Source: Phoronis australis (Eukaryota > Animalia > Phoronida). Taken from it: a stretch of DNA of 64,000 nucleotides. Made by a program: the position numbers and the translations under genes. Positions 61,215-64,000 of this stretch are shown one piece after another; position 1 is the stretch's first letter; each line of letters opens with the position of its first letter. The stretch spans positions 1 to 64,000 of the forward strand of contig NMRA01000746.1 of NCBI GenBank assembly GCA_002633005.1, given 5' to 3'. The notes beneath the pieces are model-generated. The model worked only from the letters and a program-made list of their open reading frames with translations. It did no database searches and was not told where the DNA came from.

Positions 61215-61699
61215 ATACACACGTCACATCAGTCAATTCCTAAATTTACATAAGCAGCACAATGCAATCATCACAGCACATTTCACATTCACTTGCATAA
61301 ACCAGCCTATAATCTAACTGAACATTTGAACCCTACAACTGATAAGCCAATGAGCAAGGAGTGTTGCAAATTACAAATAGACGACGCACCATTCATAATA
61401 TTTTAACATCATGATATAAGATGACGTGGAGTTCATGTGCACAGTAAACATCAATTTGAACATCAAACCACTTCAAAAATGATGAACGTATCTGTCACTG
61501 TAGTGTAACACACTAAGCCACAATGTCTTAGTTGTCTACAATTTACTGTGCATGAAAAGCACAAGCCAACAGGCTCATTTATAGAGCGAGATACTAGCAA
61601 AAAATTATGGTTTATGAATCGATAACAGACTTTATTTGCCATTCAACCGTTTCACCGACGGCCATTTTGCTAGTCCGCACTTATAAGGACACGAGGTTA

Positions 61700-61841
61700 A
61701 TTGCCCAACTTAAAACAAAACTAAAGTAAAAAACTTAAGATCACTTTCTTAGAACAAATTTAAGACAAATTGAAGTTTTATCTTAAAATTGACTTAAATT
61801 TAAGATTTGTCTTAGCTAAGTCAGTTTTCTTGGAACGGGCC
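61700..61841. mobile_element. AT-rich semi-palindromic MITE remnant in the katanin 3' UTR
   Basis: TTAAGACAAAT...ATTTGTCTTAG inverted core and a TTTCTTGGAACGGGCCC end resembling Harbinger-type MITE termini. Confidence 0.4.
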
Positions 61842-62307
61842 CTATGACTGTGCTTCAGTTACTTGTTATTGAGAGGCTGTAAATTGCAAATAAAAACACA
61901 AGGCTTCACTGGGCAGTGTATGACATTACCTTTATGACATTGGAACATGAACTAATTGCCATGCTTACTAATATAAGATCACATGACTTCCAAAGATAGT
62001 CCCCAAAATGTTATCAAAATCAGTTACCTAGTTCAAATTCAAGGTTTATAAATACAATTGCAAGCACACCAAATTTAGAAAATTAACACAAAAAGTCAGG
62101 CAGATAGAACTAAAACCAAGTATTTTTCTTGTTAGACAAAATTGGCATGTGCAAACAAGTGGTCTTGTAAACAAATTCATACTTGTTCTCTGAATTAACA
62201 CAATTTCAGCTGGCCAATCACAAACAATATTAGTCCTATAAGTACACACACCCACTTCATGTTTCATCAACCACAAATAATATTTGTGCTAGACTCTTAA
62301 CACACCC

Positions 62308-63650
<1,343 letters not shown>

Positions 63651-64000
63651 TCAGTAACATGGATATTTGTCTTGACACATGCTCAGTATAGCCTGTAACC
63701 CTTCTGTCTCAGTAAGTAGTTCGTCCGCATTTGTAAACAAAATGCTATTGGCTTGACAAATTTTCCTCTCGTCAACATCATCACATTATTGGATTTTTCA
63801 GAAAACAAAAAAAAAATTATTGCAAGCAAAGGTAAGATTGCAACAGTGTACTTTTCATTTAAAAATACTTGTCTCTGGGACATTTAAAGTACTTCCTGAA
63901 TGAGACACAAATGATACCAAGGTGGTATTCTGTAACGCTGACCATTTCTGACACACTAGCAACAAGAAATCGTGGCTTAAGCAACAGAACTAGTGATTTT

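Overview
Eukaryotic, intron-rich, AT-rich animal DNA, probably a marine invertebrate (the taxon cannot be fixed from sequence). 1-~5400 is a degenerate (TTAGGG)n telomere-like satellite with a 667-N gap, two recurring 15-bp punctuation motifs and a ~1.47-kb higher-order period. Its G-rich strand points into the gene-bearing region, the reverse of a true left telomere, and it decays directly into a promoter region. A ~52-kb plus-strand MAP7/ensconsin-family gene follows (6703-58772). I traced 15 phase-compatible GT-AG exons by hand (~935 aa), including two candidate microexons, tandem acceptors, a likely internal alternative first exon and alternative C-termini. Its third intron holds a 7.07-kb TTAA-flanked GAG...CTC DNA transposon (Sola3-like) with a decayed transposase lacking its catalytic core and a nested 1.8-kb foldback element. 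Other introns hold MITEs and tRNA-derived SINEs. The last three exons of a convergent katanin p60 (KATNA1/KATNAL1-type) gene end the window. Most short ORFs in the supplied track are spurious. All calls were made by eye, with no database searches.
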